From an uncultured Gemmatimonadales bacterium (lineage in GTDB: Bacteria > Gemmatimonadota > Gemmatimonadetes > Gemmatimonadales > GWC2-71-9), in assembly GCA_963777835.1 (NCBI GenBank), contig CAVZRK010000006.1, forward strand, positions 988,010 to 1,052,009: a stretch of 64,000 nt of DNA, given 5' to 3'. Numbering within the stretch: position 1 is the first letter of the stretch; each line of letters starts with the position of its first letter. Below the pieces are notes generated by a model, which made no database searches, was not told the DNA's origin, and worked only from the letters and a program-made list of their open reading frames with translations. This document shows positions 17,859-27,620 of the stretch, in pieces. The position numbers and the translations under genes were made by a program.

Positions 17859-19690
17859 ATGCGCCACGAACTCACCCCGCCGGCCCCGAGCCGGATCACG
17901 ACGCTCCTGGCCGACCGGCGCGGATTCGCGCTCGAGGCCACGCTCATCGTGCTGGTCCTGATCTCGGTGCTCGTCGGCGCCTCGGTGGCCGGCTACGTGA
18001 TGGTGCAGCGGGCAGGCAGCGTGGACTACCGGGGCACGCGGGTGACCTACGCGGCCGAGGCCGGGGCGGACGCCGTCATTTCGCAGCTGGCCCAGAACAT
18101 GACCGACGGCATCCTGAGCTCGGCGGACCTCGCGTCCATCACGCTCCCGTCGCTGAGCGGCTTCACCTTCGCCACCCCGACGGTCACGGCCGTCGGCGCC
18201 ACGGTGCCGCGGACCATCACCTACGGACCGTTCAGCGGGCTGGTGGGGCTCAACCAGCAGATCGACATCGGCATCACGGCCACCGACCCCGCCAATAACC
18301 GGGCCCAGGTGGTGGTCACCGCGAACGCGCAGTCGATCCCGCTCTTCCAGTTCGGCGTGTTCTACAACGAGGATCTGGAGATCCACAACGGCCCCACGAT
18401 GCAATTCGCGGGCTGGGTGCATACCAACGCGAACCTGTACCTCACGCCGGGCAGCAGCAGCGGCAACACCAACTTCCACGACCTCATCACCACCCCCGAC
18501 AGCCTCTTCTGGCAGCGGAAGAACACCAACTACCGGGAGCCCCGCGTCTACATCGACGACGCCGCGGGCACCCCGCAGTCGCTCAACTTCGACAGCCGGA
18601 GCAACCCCGGCCAGTCGTTCGTGACCGCCAGCAACGCCCTGTTCAACGGGCGGGTCATGACCGGCGTGAGCGGCGTGCAGCCCCTGCGGCTGCCGCTCCC
18701 GTCCGGCATGGATCCGATCCAGTTGATCATGCCGCGGAACGGCGGGGACGACGCCGACACCCGCGCCGTGAAGTTCGCCTGGAAGGCGACCGCCCACATC
18801 ACGGTGGACCTGGCCCAGCTGAACAACGTCAACACGTGCGCCGGCCTCACGATCATCGGCTCGCCGCTGCCCGACCGGCGCCACGTGCGGCCTGATCTTC
18901 AGCGGCAACGACCAGGGCTTCTGGGACGGCCGCGAGAACATCGGCGTGGACGTGTTCAACCTGAACGTCGGCCAGCTCCAGACCTGGGCGGCCGGCAACT
19001 CCGCGCGCGACTACAGCATCGTGTACATCACCTTCACCAACGCGAGCACGACGAACGCGAACCGCGACTATCCCGCCGTGCGCATCATCAACGGCGCCAC
19101 GCTCCGGGCCCCCATCACCATCGCCACGGACCGCCCGCTGTACATCCAGGGCAACTACAACACCATCGGCTGGCAGCCCGCCTCCTTCATCGCCGACGCG
19201 CTGACCATTCTCTCCAACGCGTGGAACGACGGCACCGGCAGCCACCCCGTCCCCACGTCGGGCACGAACAGCAACGCCGGCGGCGGCAGCGACCGCACCA
19301 ATCCGGCCAAGAGCGGCGCGTCCGCCACCACCGTCTACGCCGCCATCGCCGCCGGCCACTCGGCCACGCCCTGCGACTGGCAGCGGTCCGGCTGCTCCGT
19401 GCCGACCCCGCCCCCCGCCACGAGCGGCGGCAGCTACGGCGGCGGCCTGGAGAATTTCCCGCGGTTCCTCGAGAACTGGAACGGCATCGCCATGGTGTAC
19501 CGGGGCTCGCTCGTCTCGCTCTTCCAGAGCCGCTACGCCGTGCGCCGCCGGTGGGCCTGGACCTGCGTACTACGACGCGCCGAGCCGCGACTGGGCGTTC
19601 GACCTCCGCTTCCGCGACCCGAACAACCTCCCCCCGGGCACCCCGGTGGTGGGCAGCGTGGTCCAGACGTCGTTCCGGCCGGTGTTCTAG
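17859..19690 (+). CDS. PilX_N-domain type IV pilus assembly / large minor-pilin-like protein; two frame breaks (~18873, ~19550)
   Basis: AGGAG RBS. N-terminus RRGFALEATLIVLVLISVLVGASVAG (PilX N-terminal type). Continues in ORF 18946.. (CGLIFSGNDQGFWDGRENIGVDVFNL...), then a third frame (YYDAPSRDWAFDLRFRDPNNLPPGTPVVGSVVQTSFRPVF, TAG 19688-19690). Confidence 0.6.
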
Positions 19691-19691
19691 G

Positions 19692-20262
19692 ATGGCCGTC
19701 ACCGGACGCGACACCCGGGCGGGGTTCACGCTCATCGAGATGGTCATCGTCATCGTCGTCATGGGCCTGGCGATGATGATCGCGGTGCCCCGGTTCCGGG
19801 TGTCGGAGAAGACGAAGGCGCGGCAGGCGGCCAGCCAGCTGACCGCCGACCTCGAGGTGGCCCGCTCCAAGGCGATGGCCCACCGCGCCACCGTGCGGGT
19901 GGTCTTCGACCCCGTCGGGAACTCCTACACCGGATACCTCGACTTCGACCGCGACAACAACATCGGCGAGACGGTCGCCGAGCGCGACTCGCTCCACGCC
20001 TTCGGCACCCGGGTCCTCCCGACCGGCGCCACCTTCGGACGGGCCGGGCAGGCGGACATCACCGACTTCGCGGGCGCGGGCGCCATCACCTTCCCGACGC
20101 CCCAGATCAACTTCGACGGCCGGGGCCTCTCCACCCCCTTCGGCACCCGAGGCGTCGTCTATCGTGCAGTTTGCTGGTGACACGGCCGCCGTGGCCGCGG
20201 TCACCGTCTCCGGCGCCGGGGGCATCCGGCTCTGGACCTCTGAGGGAGGCTATTGGCGATGA
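19692..20262 (+). CDS. GspH/FimT-family type IV minor pilin; one frame break near 20162
   Basis: Prepilin motif RAGFTLIEMVIVIVVMGL. After ...GVVY the family-typical C-terminus (VQFAGDTAAVAAVTVSGAGGIRLW...) continues in the +1 frame to TGA 20260-20262, overlapping the next ATG. Confidence 0.6.
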
Positions 20263-20630
20263 AGCGGAACCATGAAGCGGGGTTCACCCTGATTTCGGTC
20301 ATCATGGCCGTGGTCATCCTCAGCATCGGCATCCTGGCCCTCGGCCGGTCGCAGGCCATGCTGGTCCGCGCCCAGGCCACCAGCGCGCAGCGCGACATCG
20401 CGCTCGGCATCGCGCGCAACTACGTCGAGGAAGTCCGGAGCCGCACCGCCGTCCCCGCCTCCGAAGGCGCGACGGCGGTGGACGAGACGGGCACGGCCAC
20501 GGGCGGCGGCAAGTATCAGCGCTCCCTCACGATCGCCGACCTCGGCAACAATCTCTACCAGGCCACGTGCAACGTCACCTACCCGCGGGGCCCGCAGCCC
20601 GTCCAGATCGTCACCCTCATCTACCGGTGA
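20259..20630 (+). CDS. PilV-like type IV minor pilin
   Basis: ATG 20259. N-terminal motif HEAGFTLISVIMAVVILSIGILAL, small ~120-aa protein. Confidence 0.55.
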   Translation: MKRNHEAGFTLISVIMAVVILSIGILALGRSQAMLVRAQATSAQRDIALGIARNYVEEVRSRTAVPASEGATAVDETGTATGGGKYQRSLTIADLGNNLYQATCNVTYPRGPQPVQIVTLIYR

Positions 20631-20635
20631 TCGCC

Positions 20636-21559
20636 ATGCGTGTGCGTCTTCCCGCCGGCCGGGCCGGCTTCACCCTCGTCGAACTGATGATCGCCATGAT
20701 CGTCGGGCTGGTCGTCCTGGCGGCCGCCACCGCCGTGGTCGCCTCCACCTGGCGCGGCCTGGCCGGCGGCCGGATGCGCGAGGGGCTGCAGCGGAACGCC
20801 CGGTTCATCAACGAGGCGCTCAACCGCGATCTCTCCGAGACCGGCGTGGGCATCGCCTCCAGCGTCCAGTTCGGCAGCCTCTCGGTCCGGAACGACACCA
20901 TCGTGATCCTGAGCGTGCCGTACGTGAACGACACCGCCGCGGCGCCGCACACCTTCCAGTACGGCGGCGCGCCGCTCGCCGCCGCCACCGGGAGCTGCGG
21001 CACCTATTGCGTGGACCTGGACACCGTCGCGTGGGACCTTGCCGCCAACGACCTGGCCATGCTGCAGGCGAACAACGAGCGGCGGCTGATCGAGGTCACC
21101 AACGTCACCCGCAGCGGCGCCATCGCGTCGGTGACGTTCCGCCCCGACACCATCCTGCTCCAGCACGAGGCGGCGTACGCACGCGGGCTCACGCTGCCGA
21201 ACAATGGCGTCGCGGTGACGAAACTCAAGTTCGTGGCGTATTGGGTGGAGAACGGCGCCCTGATGCGGGCCCAGGAACTGAACCCGAACGGCACGCCGAA
21301 GGGCGAGCTGATCGCGACCGGCGTGGACAGCATGCGGGTGCGGCTGGTGTTCAGCGATGGCACCGAGGCCGCCACCGCCAATCCGCTCGACGGCAACGGC
21401 GACAACGACTGGGACGACATCCTGGCGATCCGCGTCTTCGCCTGGTTGCAGTCCGACCCGACCGACCTGCGGGTGAACAACGGACAGCCGGTCACCCGGG
21501 CCTACGGCTGGTGGTTCGCGCCCCGGAACCTGCGCTACGAGAAGAACCGGATCAGCTAG
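20636..21559 (+). CDS. PilW-like type IV minor pilin
   Basis: Start trimmed to ATG 20636. Motif GRAGFTLVELMIAMIVGLVVLAAA, ~307 aa. Confidence 0.55.
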   Translation: MRVRLPAGRAGFTLVELMIAMIVGLVVLAAATAVVASTWRGLAGGRMREGLQRNARFINEALNRDLSETGVGIASSVQFGSLSVRNDTIVILSVPYVNDTAAAPHTFQYGGAPLAAATGSCGTYCVDLDTVAWDLAANDLAMLQANNERRLIEVTNVTRSGAIASVTFRPDTILLQHEAAYARGLTLPNNGVAVTKLKFVAYWVENGALMRAQELNPNGTPKGELIATGVDSMRVRLVFSDGTEAATANPLDGNGDNDWDDILAIRVFAWLQSDPTDLRVNNGQPVTRAYGWWFAPRNLRYEKNRIS

Positions 21560-21561
21560 GG

Positions 21562-22839
21562 TCAGACCTCGATGATCTGGTCCCGCCGCGTCCCCACGCT
21601 CACGTAGCGGATGGGGGCGCCGGCGAGGTCCTGCAGCCGGTCCAGGTAGGCACGCGCCTGCGGGGGGAGGTCGGCCATACGGCGCGCGCCCTCGGTGGAC
21701 CGCTTCCACCCCGGCAGCACCTCGTACACCGGCTTGACCCGCTCCAGCCGCTCCACCTCCGCCGGCAGTTCCTCCGTCAACTCTCCATCGATCGTGTACC
21801 CGGTGCCCACCGGGATCTCGCCGAAGGTGTCCAGCACATCGAGCTTCGTCACCGCCAGGCCGGTGAGCCCGTTGACCCGCACCGAGTAGCGCACCACGTT
21901 GGCGTCGAACCAGCCGCAGCGCCGCGGCCGCCCGGTAACGGCACCGAACTCGCCGCCGATCCGTTGCAGCGCCTCCCCCCCGTCTCCCAGCGCCTCCGTG
22001 GGCAGCGGCCCGTTCCCCACCCGGGTGGTGTACGCCTTCACCACGCCCAGCACCCCGTCGATGGCGGTCGGGCCGATGCCGGAGCCGACCGACGCGCCCC
22101 CCGCCGTCGTGTTGGAGCTCGTCACGTAGGGGTAGGTGCCGTGGTCCACGTCGAGGAGCGCGCCCTGCGCCCCCTCGAGGAGCACGCGCTTCCCCGAGCG
22201 CAGCGCCCGGTGCACCAGGAGGCCGGTGTCGGTGGCCAGGGGCAGCAGGCGCGGCGCCAGCCGCTCCAGCAGGGCCACGTGCTCGTCGAGCGAGGCGGGC
22301 GCCGCCCCCATCATGGCGAGGAGGCGGTTGGCCCGGTCGAGCCGCTCCGCCAGCAGGCCGCGCAGGGTGGCGCCGTCCCGGAGGTCGACGACCCGCACGC
22401 CGCGCCGCCCGTACTTGTCCTCGTAGGTGGGCCCGATGCCCCGCCCCGTCGTGCCGATCTTCTGGGACTTTTCGCTGGCGGCGTCGAGCAGCTTGTGGTA
22501 CGGCAGCACCAGGTGCGCCCGTTCGGACACGAAGAGCCGGCCGGCGGTGTTCACCCCGCGCCCGGTGAGCCCGTCGAGCTCCTTGAAGAGGGTCTCGGGG
22601 TCCAGCACCACCCCGTTGCCGATGACGCAGGTGGCGCCGCCGTGCAGGATGCCGGAGGGGATCTGCTGGAGGATGAACTGCTCCTCGCCGATCACGACGG
22701 TATGCCCCGCGTTGGCGCCGCCCTGGTAGCGCACCACGCAGTCGGCGCGCTCCGAGAGCACGTCCACCAGCTTCCCCTTGCCTTCGTCTCCCCACTGCGC
22801 GCCCACCACCACGACACACTGGGTCTTCGGATCGAACAT
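21562..22839 (-). CDS. purA: adenylosuccinate synthetase
   Basis: 425 aa with GAQWGDEGKGK P-loop, GTTGRGIGP and YTTRVGNGP motifs. Confidence 0.95.
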   Translation of the reverse strand: MFDPKTQCVVVVGAQWGDEGKGKLVDVLSERADCVVRYQGGANAGHTVVIGEEQFILQQIPSGILHGGATCVIGNGVVLDPETLFKELDGLTGRGVNTAGRLFVSERAHLVLPYHKLLDAASEKSQKIGTTGRGIGPTYEDKYGRRGVRVVDLRDGATLRGLLAERLDRANRLLAMMGAAPASLDEHVALLERLAPRLLPLATDTGLLVHRALRSGKRVLLEGAQGALLDVDHGTYPYVTSSNTTAGGASVGSGIGPTAIDGVLGVVKAYTTRVGNGPLPTEALGDGGEALQRIGGEFGAVTGRPRRCGWFDANVVRYSVRVNGLTGLAVTKLDVLDTFGEIPVGTGYTIDGELTEELPAEVERLERVKPVYEVLPGWKRSTEGARRMADLPPQARAYLDRLQDLAGAPIRYVSVGTRRDQIIEV

Positions 22840-22860
22840 GGTCCCTCACGCGGGCTCAGG

Positions 22861-22888
22861 CCAACACAAAGGGCCCCTTGCGGGGCCC
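22861..22888 (-). terminator. rho-independent terminator after the M28 peptidase gene
   Basis: Minus strand reads GGGCCCC-GCAA-GGGGCCC followed by TTTGTGTTGG. The same stem/tail sequence (GGGGCCCTTTGTGTTG) recurs at 54042-54070. Confidence 0.55.
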
Positions 22889-22929
22889 GTGCATCCTCGG
22901 GGAAAAGCTAGCGCGCGCCGCGCTCCCGG

Positions 22930-24012
22930 TCAAATCGGCGTGGCCACCAGTCGGCCGACCGCCTCGGCGGTCCGGAACTCGAGTCCCGCCGGCGTGTCGC
23001 GGGGCGTGTGCATCAGCCGGAGGGTGCCCCAGTCGAGCCGCGCCACCGTAAGCGCGGCCGCGCCGGTGCGCGCGAGCGGGTGGCTGTCCACGTACGCCCA
23101 GAGCGGCTGCCCGCGCTCGCGGACCACGGGCGCCACCCCTCCGAGCGCCGCGGCCACGCCGCCCGCCAGCCGCGCGCCCGGCGCGTCATGCGACACGACG
23201 TAGAGCGTCCCCTGGTCGTCGAGGGTGTCGAGGTTGACCACCTCGACGCCCACCAGCTGCGGACCGTACTCCCGCGCAAAGACCCGCGCGCCCACCAGGC
23301 CGAACTCCTCCGCGCCGGTGATCAGCACCCCGACCCCGGCGGCGGGGGCCGCCTCCGCCGCCACCAGCGCCGCCAGGAGCCCCGATCCGTTGTCCCGGGC
23401 CCCGACGGTCGTCCCCCGCAACCCGCCGCGCGCCGCGAGCCCGCAGGCGACGAGCGCGAGCACCGCCGCCCAGGCCACCGTGTCGCTCGACAGCGGCCCC
23501 CACAGCCGCGCGACCGCCAGCGCCGTGAGCGCCAGCACCGCCAGCACGACCACCGCGGCCCCGACCACCCGGCCCGCCATGGACTGGCCCTGCGCCTTCG
23601 TGTCGAGATGCGCCACGATCCACCGGCGCACCGGGGCGTCGCCCCGGGTGGCGATGAGGTTGGCGTCCTGGCGCACGCCGCCCCCCAGCGACGACCAGCC
23701 GAGCGCGGTGCCGCGCACCAGCAGCGCCAGCGCCGCCAGCCCGACCACCCAGGCCGCGAGCGCGCCCCACCGGGGGGCGCCGGGCACCGTGGCCAGGGGA
23801 ATCTGGATCAGCGTGAGCCAGCCGAGGCCGGCGGCCACCATCGGCAGGGCGTTGAGGCTGGAGGGGAAAAAGGCGAAGGGCTGTTCCACCACGCGGTAGT
23901 CGAGCGTGCGCAGGTGGTCGGCCACGAGCCGCCGGGCGTGCGCCGCCGCCGGGGTGCCCGCCTCCCGGGGAGAGTCCAGCAGGAGCGCCAGCACCTCGCG
24001 CGGACGCGCCAT
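22930..24012 (-). CDS. M28-family metallopeptidase with embedded transmembrane segments
   Basis: 360 aa with M28 motifs GARDNGSG and GAEEFGLVG plus HLDTK. At least four hydrophobic helices are interleaved (e.g. GRVVGAAVVVLAVLALTALAV). Confidence 0.6.
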   Translation of the reverse strand: MARPREVLALLLDSPREAGTPAAAHARRLVADHLRTLDYRVVEQPFAFFPSSLNALPMVAAGLGWLTLIQIPLATVPGAPRWGALAAWVVGLAALALLVRGTALGWSSLGGGVRQDANLIATRGDAPVRRWIVAHLDTKAQGQSMAGRVVGAAVVVLAVLALTALAVARLWGPLSSDTVAWAAVLALVACGLAARGGLRGTTVGARDNGSGLLAALVAAEAAPAAGVGVLITGAEEFGLVGARVFAREYGPQLVGVEVVNLDTLDDQGTLYVVSHDAPGARLAGGVAAALGGVAPVVRERGQPLWAYVDSHPLARTGAAALTVARLDWGTLRLMHTPRDTPAGLEFRTAEAVGRLVATPI

Positions 24013-24015
24013 GGA

Positions 24016-25086
24016 TCAGCGCGCCTTCTTCCGTCGGTCGCGCCCCTCGGGCTCGGGCTCGCCCCGGGTGGCCGCGTGCGCCGTCTCCTCGGTGATCGAC
24101 CCGCTCTTCACCAGGTCGGCCAGGCTCTGCTCGAAGGTCTGCATCCCGTGCTGGTCGCGGCCGAGGGACATCAGCGTCCGGAGCTCGCCCCAGCGCGTGG
24201 GGTTCTTGATGCAGGCCCGCACCTGCGGCGTGCCCACCAGCACCTCGATGGCGGCCACCCGCCCCTCTTCGTCGGCCCTCGGCAGGAGCTGCTGCGCCAC
24301 GATGCCGCGCAGCGCCTCCGACAGGCGCACCCGCCCGATGTCGCGCTCGTCCGGCTGGAACATGGCCACCATCCGCTCGATGGACGTCGGCACGTCCGGC
24401 GTCGGCATGACCGACACGACCAGGTGCCCCGTCTCGGCCGCCTTGACCGCGATGTCCGCGGTGTCGGGGTCGCGCATCTCGCCGATCAGGATCACGTCGG
24501 GATCCTGCCGGAGCGCGGCCCGGAGCCCGACCGCCATGCTCTCGGTGTCCACCCCCACCTCGCGCTGCGTCACGGAGCAGTTGATGTCCCGGTGCAGGAA
24601 CTCGATCGGGTTCTCGATGGTGACGACGTGCTTCTGCTTGGTGCGGTTGATGTGCTCGATGATGGCCGCCACCGTGCTCGTCTTGCCGCTCCCGCTGACG
24701 CCCGCCACCAGCAGCAGCCCGCGCTCGGAGTCGGCCAGCGTCGAGATCACGTCGGGAAGCCCGAGCGACTCGATGGACGGCACCGCGAAGGGGATGACCC
24801 GCATGACGATCATGAACGAGGAGCGCTGCCGCAGCACGTTGACCCGGAAGCGGCCGACGCCCGGCATGCCCCACGAGCAGTCGAAGTCGCGCATCCGCTC
24901 GAGGTGGGCGCGGTCCTCCTCGCTCGGGATCAGCTTGTGCGCGATGGCGCGGGTCTGGTCCGGGGTGAGGCGCTGCTTGGTGAGGGGGACCAGCCGGCCG
25001 TTGATCCGCGCCCGGAAGACGTCGCCCGCCTTGATATGCAGGTCGGACGCGCCCCGTTCGACGGCGGCCTTGATGATCTTTTCCAT
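24016..25086 (-). CDS. pilT: type IV pilus twitching-motility retraction ATPase PilT
   Basis: 356 aa. Walker A GVSGSGKTST, PilT-family N-terminus GASDLHIKAG, ILIGEMRD box. Confidence 0.9.
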   Translation of the reverse strand: MEKIIKAAVERGASDLHIKAGDVFRARINGRLVPLTKQRLTPDQTRAIAHKLIPSEEDRAHLERMRDFDCSWGMPGVGRFRVNVLRQRSSFMIVMRVIPFAVPSIESLGLPDVISTLADSERGLLLVAGVSGSGKTSTVAAIIEHINRTKQKHVVTIENPIEFLHRDINCSVTQREVGVDTESMAVGLRAALRQDPDVILIGEMRDPDTADIAVKAAETGHLVVSVMPTPDVPTSIERMVAMFQPDERDIGRVRLSEALRGIVAQQLLPRADEEGRVAAIEVLVGTPQVRACIKNPTRWGELRTLMSLGRDQHGMQTFEQSLADLVKSGSITEETAHAATRGEPEPEGRDRRKKAR

Positions 25087-25134
25087 GGGACCTCGTGCCC
25101 CCCGCTCGGGGGGCGGCCAGGGTTCGTCCCGCGG

Positions 25135-26139
25135 TCAGCGCCCTGCCGGCCCGGCGGCCGGCAGGAACCCCATCCGCGCCTTCACCTCGGCGAGCGTGAC
25201 CCGCGCGACGGCCCGCGCCCGCTCGGCGCCCGCGGCGAGCACCGCGCGCACCGCGCCCTCGTCGGCGCGCAGCGACGCGGCGCGCTCCCGGATCGGGGCG
25301 AGCGCGGCGGAGAGGTGGTCCGCCAGCACCCGCTTGCAGTCGAGGCAGCCCCACTCGGCGCCGCGGCACTTGCGCGCCACTTCGACCACCGTCTCCGGCG
25401 GGGAAAAATGCTTGTGCAGCGTGTAGATGTTGCAGATGTCCGGGTTGCCCGGGTCCTTCTTCGTCTTGCGCGCCGGATCGGTCATGGCGGGGCGGAGCTT
25501 CTGCCAGACCTCCTCCGGCCCCTCCAGGACGCCGATGGTGTTGCCGAGACTCTTCGACATCTTGGCCTGACCGTCGAGACCCAGGATCCGCCGCGCCGGC
25601 GTCAGGAGCGACTGCGGCTCCGGCAGGACGTCGGTGCCGCCGCCGAACTGGGCGTTCCAGCGCCGCGCGATGACGCGCGCGAGCTCGAGGTGCTGCAGCT
25701 GGTCGTCGCCGACGGGGACCTGCTCCGCACGGTAGAGCAGGATGTCGGCCGCCATCAGGATCGGGTAACTGAACAGCCCCGCCGGCACGCTCTCCAGTTT
25801 CTGCGACTTGTCCTTGAACTGCGTCATCCGCTCCAGTTCACCCAGCGGCGTGACCGACGTCAGCAGCCACATCAGCTCGGCGTGTTCCGGCACGTGCGAC
25901 TGGACGAAGAAGGTCGAGCGCGCGGGGTCGACGCCGGCGGCGAGGAGCCCGACCGCCATGTCGAGGGTCCGCCGCTCCAGGGTGGCGGCGTCGTGCTGCC
26001 CCGTGATGGCGTGCAGGTCCACGATGGAAAAGAAGCACTCGTTCCGCGCCTGGAGCGCCACCCAGTTCTGGACGGCGCCGAGCCAGTTGCCGATGTGCAG
26101 GTCGCCGGAGGGCTGGATGCCGGAGAAGATACGGGGCAT
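25135..26139 (-). CDS. trpS: tryptophan--tRNA ligase
   Basis: Start trimmed to ATG 26139 (MPRIFSGIQPSGDLHIGNWLG). KMSKS motif present. Confidence 0.9.
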   Translation of the reverse strand: MPRIFSGIQPSGDLHIGNWLGAVQNWVALQARNECFFSIVDLHAITGQHDAATLERRTLDMAVGLLAAGVDPARSTFFVQSHVPEHAELMWLLTSVTPLGELERMTQFKDKSQKLESVPAGLFSYPILMAADILLYRAEQVPVGDDQLQHLELARVIARRWNAQFGGGTDVLPEPQSLLTPARRILGLDGQAKMSKSLGNTIGVLEGPEEVWQKLRPAMTDPARKTKKDPGNPDICNIYTLHKHFSPPETVVEVARKCRGAEWGCLDCKRVLADHLSAALAPIRERAASLRADEGAVRAVLAAGAERARAVARVTLAEVKARMGFLPAAGPAGR

Positions 26140-26198
26140 TTGGCAAGCTACCAACCCGTCATGGCGCCGCAAGTGAATATCGGGGAATGACTTAGTGC

Positions 26199-26243
26199 AC
26201 TGAGGACTGGAGACTGAGGACTGAGGACTGAGGACTGAGGACC
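26199..26243. repeat. tandem heptamer array (ACTGAGG x5 plus one ACTGGAG variant)
   Basis: ACTGAGG ACTGGAG ACTGAGG ACTGAGG ACTGAGG ACTGAGG ACC in the map-trpS gap. No coding frame. Same unit as at 27629-27700 and 16229-16249. Confidence 0.85.
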
Positions 26244-26257
26244 GAACGGGGAGGCGC

Positions 26258-27037
26258 CTACCGCCCCCCTGCCCCGCTGCCCCCCTGCCCCGCCGTCAGG
26301 ATCCTCGGCCCGCCCTTCGTGATCGCCACCGTGTGCTCGAAGTGCGCCGACAGGCTGCCGTCCGCCGTGACGACGGTCCACTTGTCGGGGAGGGTGCGGG
26401 TGGCGGGGTCCCCCATGGTGATCATCGGCTCGATGGCGATGGTCATCCCCTCGAGGAGCCGGGGCCCGCGCTTCGGGACGCCGTAGTTCGGCACCTGCGG
26501 CTCCTCGTGGAACCGCGCCCCGATGCCGTGCCCCACCAGCTCGCGCACCACGCCGAACCCCGCCCCTTCCGCCACCGTCTGCACCGCGTGCCCGATGTCG
26601 CCGACGTGGTTGCCGACGCGCGCCGCGGCGATCCCCGCCGCCAGGCTCGCCTGGGTCACGTCGAGAAGCCGCTGCGTGTCGGGCGAGATCTCGCCGACGC
26701 CGATCGTGGTGGCGGAGTCGGCGTGCAGCCCGTCGAAGTGCACCCCGACGTCCACGCTCACGATGTTGCCCTCGCGAAGCACCCGCTTCTTCGACGGGAT
26801 GCCGTGGACGATCTCCTGGTTGATCGAGGTGCACAGCGTCTTGGGAAAGCCGTAGAGCCCCTTGAACGACGGGGTGGCCCCCTCGTGGCTCCGGATGAAG
26901 GCCTCCGCGATCCGGTCGAGGTCCTCCGTGGACATCCCCGCCTTCGTCTCGCGGCGGAGCAGCTCCAGCACGGCGCCGACGATGGACCCGGCGTGGGCCA
27001 TCGTCTCGATTTCCCGCGGGGACTTCAGGGTGATCAC
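26258..27037 (-). CDS. map: type I methionine aminopeptidase
   Basis: GTG 27037 (VITLKSPREIETMAHAG...) overlaps the adk stop (GTGA). Metal ligands in VDVGVHFDGLHADS, GHGIG and EPMI. Confidence 0.9.
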   Translation of the reverse strand: MITLKSPREIETMAHAGSIVGAVLELLRRETKAGMSTEDLDRIAEAFIRSHEGATPSFKGLYGFPKTLCTSINQEIVHGIPSKKRVLREGNIVSVDVGVHFDGLHADSATTIGVGEISPDTQRLLDVTQASLAAGIAAARVGNHVGDIGHAVQTVAEGAGFGVVRELVGHGIGARFHEEPQVPNYGVPKRGPRLLEGMTIAIEPMITMGDPATRTLPDKWTVVTADGSLSAHFEHTVAITKGGPRILTAGQGGSGAGGR

Positions 27038-27606
27038 GTGCCCTGCAGCGCCAGCGCCCGGCGGACCCGGGTCGCGATGTCGTCCACCGGGCCCACGGCG
27101 GGAATGCGGATCAGGCTGCCGCGCGACTCGTACCACGCGAGCACCGGCGCGGTCTGGTCGCGGTAGCTCTGCAGACGAGTGGCGACCGCCGCCGGATCGT
27201 CGTCCGGGCGGCCCTCGATGCCGCGGCGGCGCTCGATCCGGCCGATGATCTCGGCGTCGGGCACGTCGAAGAAGAGCACCGCGTTCAGCTTGCGCCCCCG
27301 GTCGGCCAGGAGCCGCTCCATCCCCTCGGCCTGCGGGATGGTGCGGACCACGCCGTCGAAGATGACCCCGCCGGCGGCGGCGGGCCGGTCGAGCTCGTCG
27401 CGGATCACGCCGAGGATGATGTCGTCGCTCACCAGCTTGCCCGCCTCCATGACCGCCCGGGCCTGGAGGCCGAGGGGGGTGCCGCGGCTGACGGCGTCGC
27501 GCAGGAGATTGCCGGTGGCGAAGGTGGGCAGGCCCATCGACTCGGAGAGCAGCGCGCCCTGGGTGCCCTTCCCGGCCCCCGGCGGGCCCATCAGCAAGAT
27601 ATCCAT
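27034..27606 (-). CDS. adk: adenylate kinase (short, no Zn lid)
   Basis: Start trimmed to ATG 27606 (MDILLMGPPGAGKGTQ...), 190 aa. GGGAGG RBS upstream. Confidence 0.9.
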   Translation of the reverse strand: MDILLMGPPGAGKGTQGALLSESMGLPTFATGNLLRDAVSRGTPLGLQARAVMEAGKLVSDDIILGVIRDELDRPAAAGGVIFDGVVRTIPQAEGMERLLADRGRKLNAVLFFDVPDAEIIGRIERRRGIEGRPDDDPAAVATRLQSYRDQTAPVLAWYESRGSLIRIPAVGPVDDIATRVRRALALQGT

Positions 27607-27620
27607 GATCCGCGCGCCTC

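Noticed and set aside
26199-26243. Possible CRISPR array, because of the regularly repeated short units.
   Set aside because: The units are 7 nt long and directly adjacent with no spacers. There are no cas genes in the window. This is a microsatellite-like tandem repeat, not a CRISPR.
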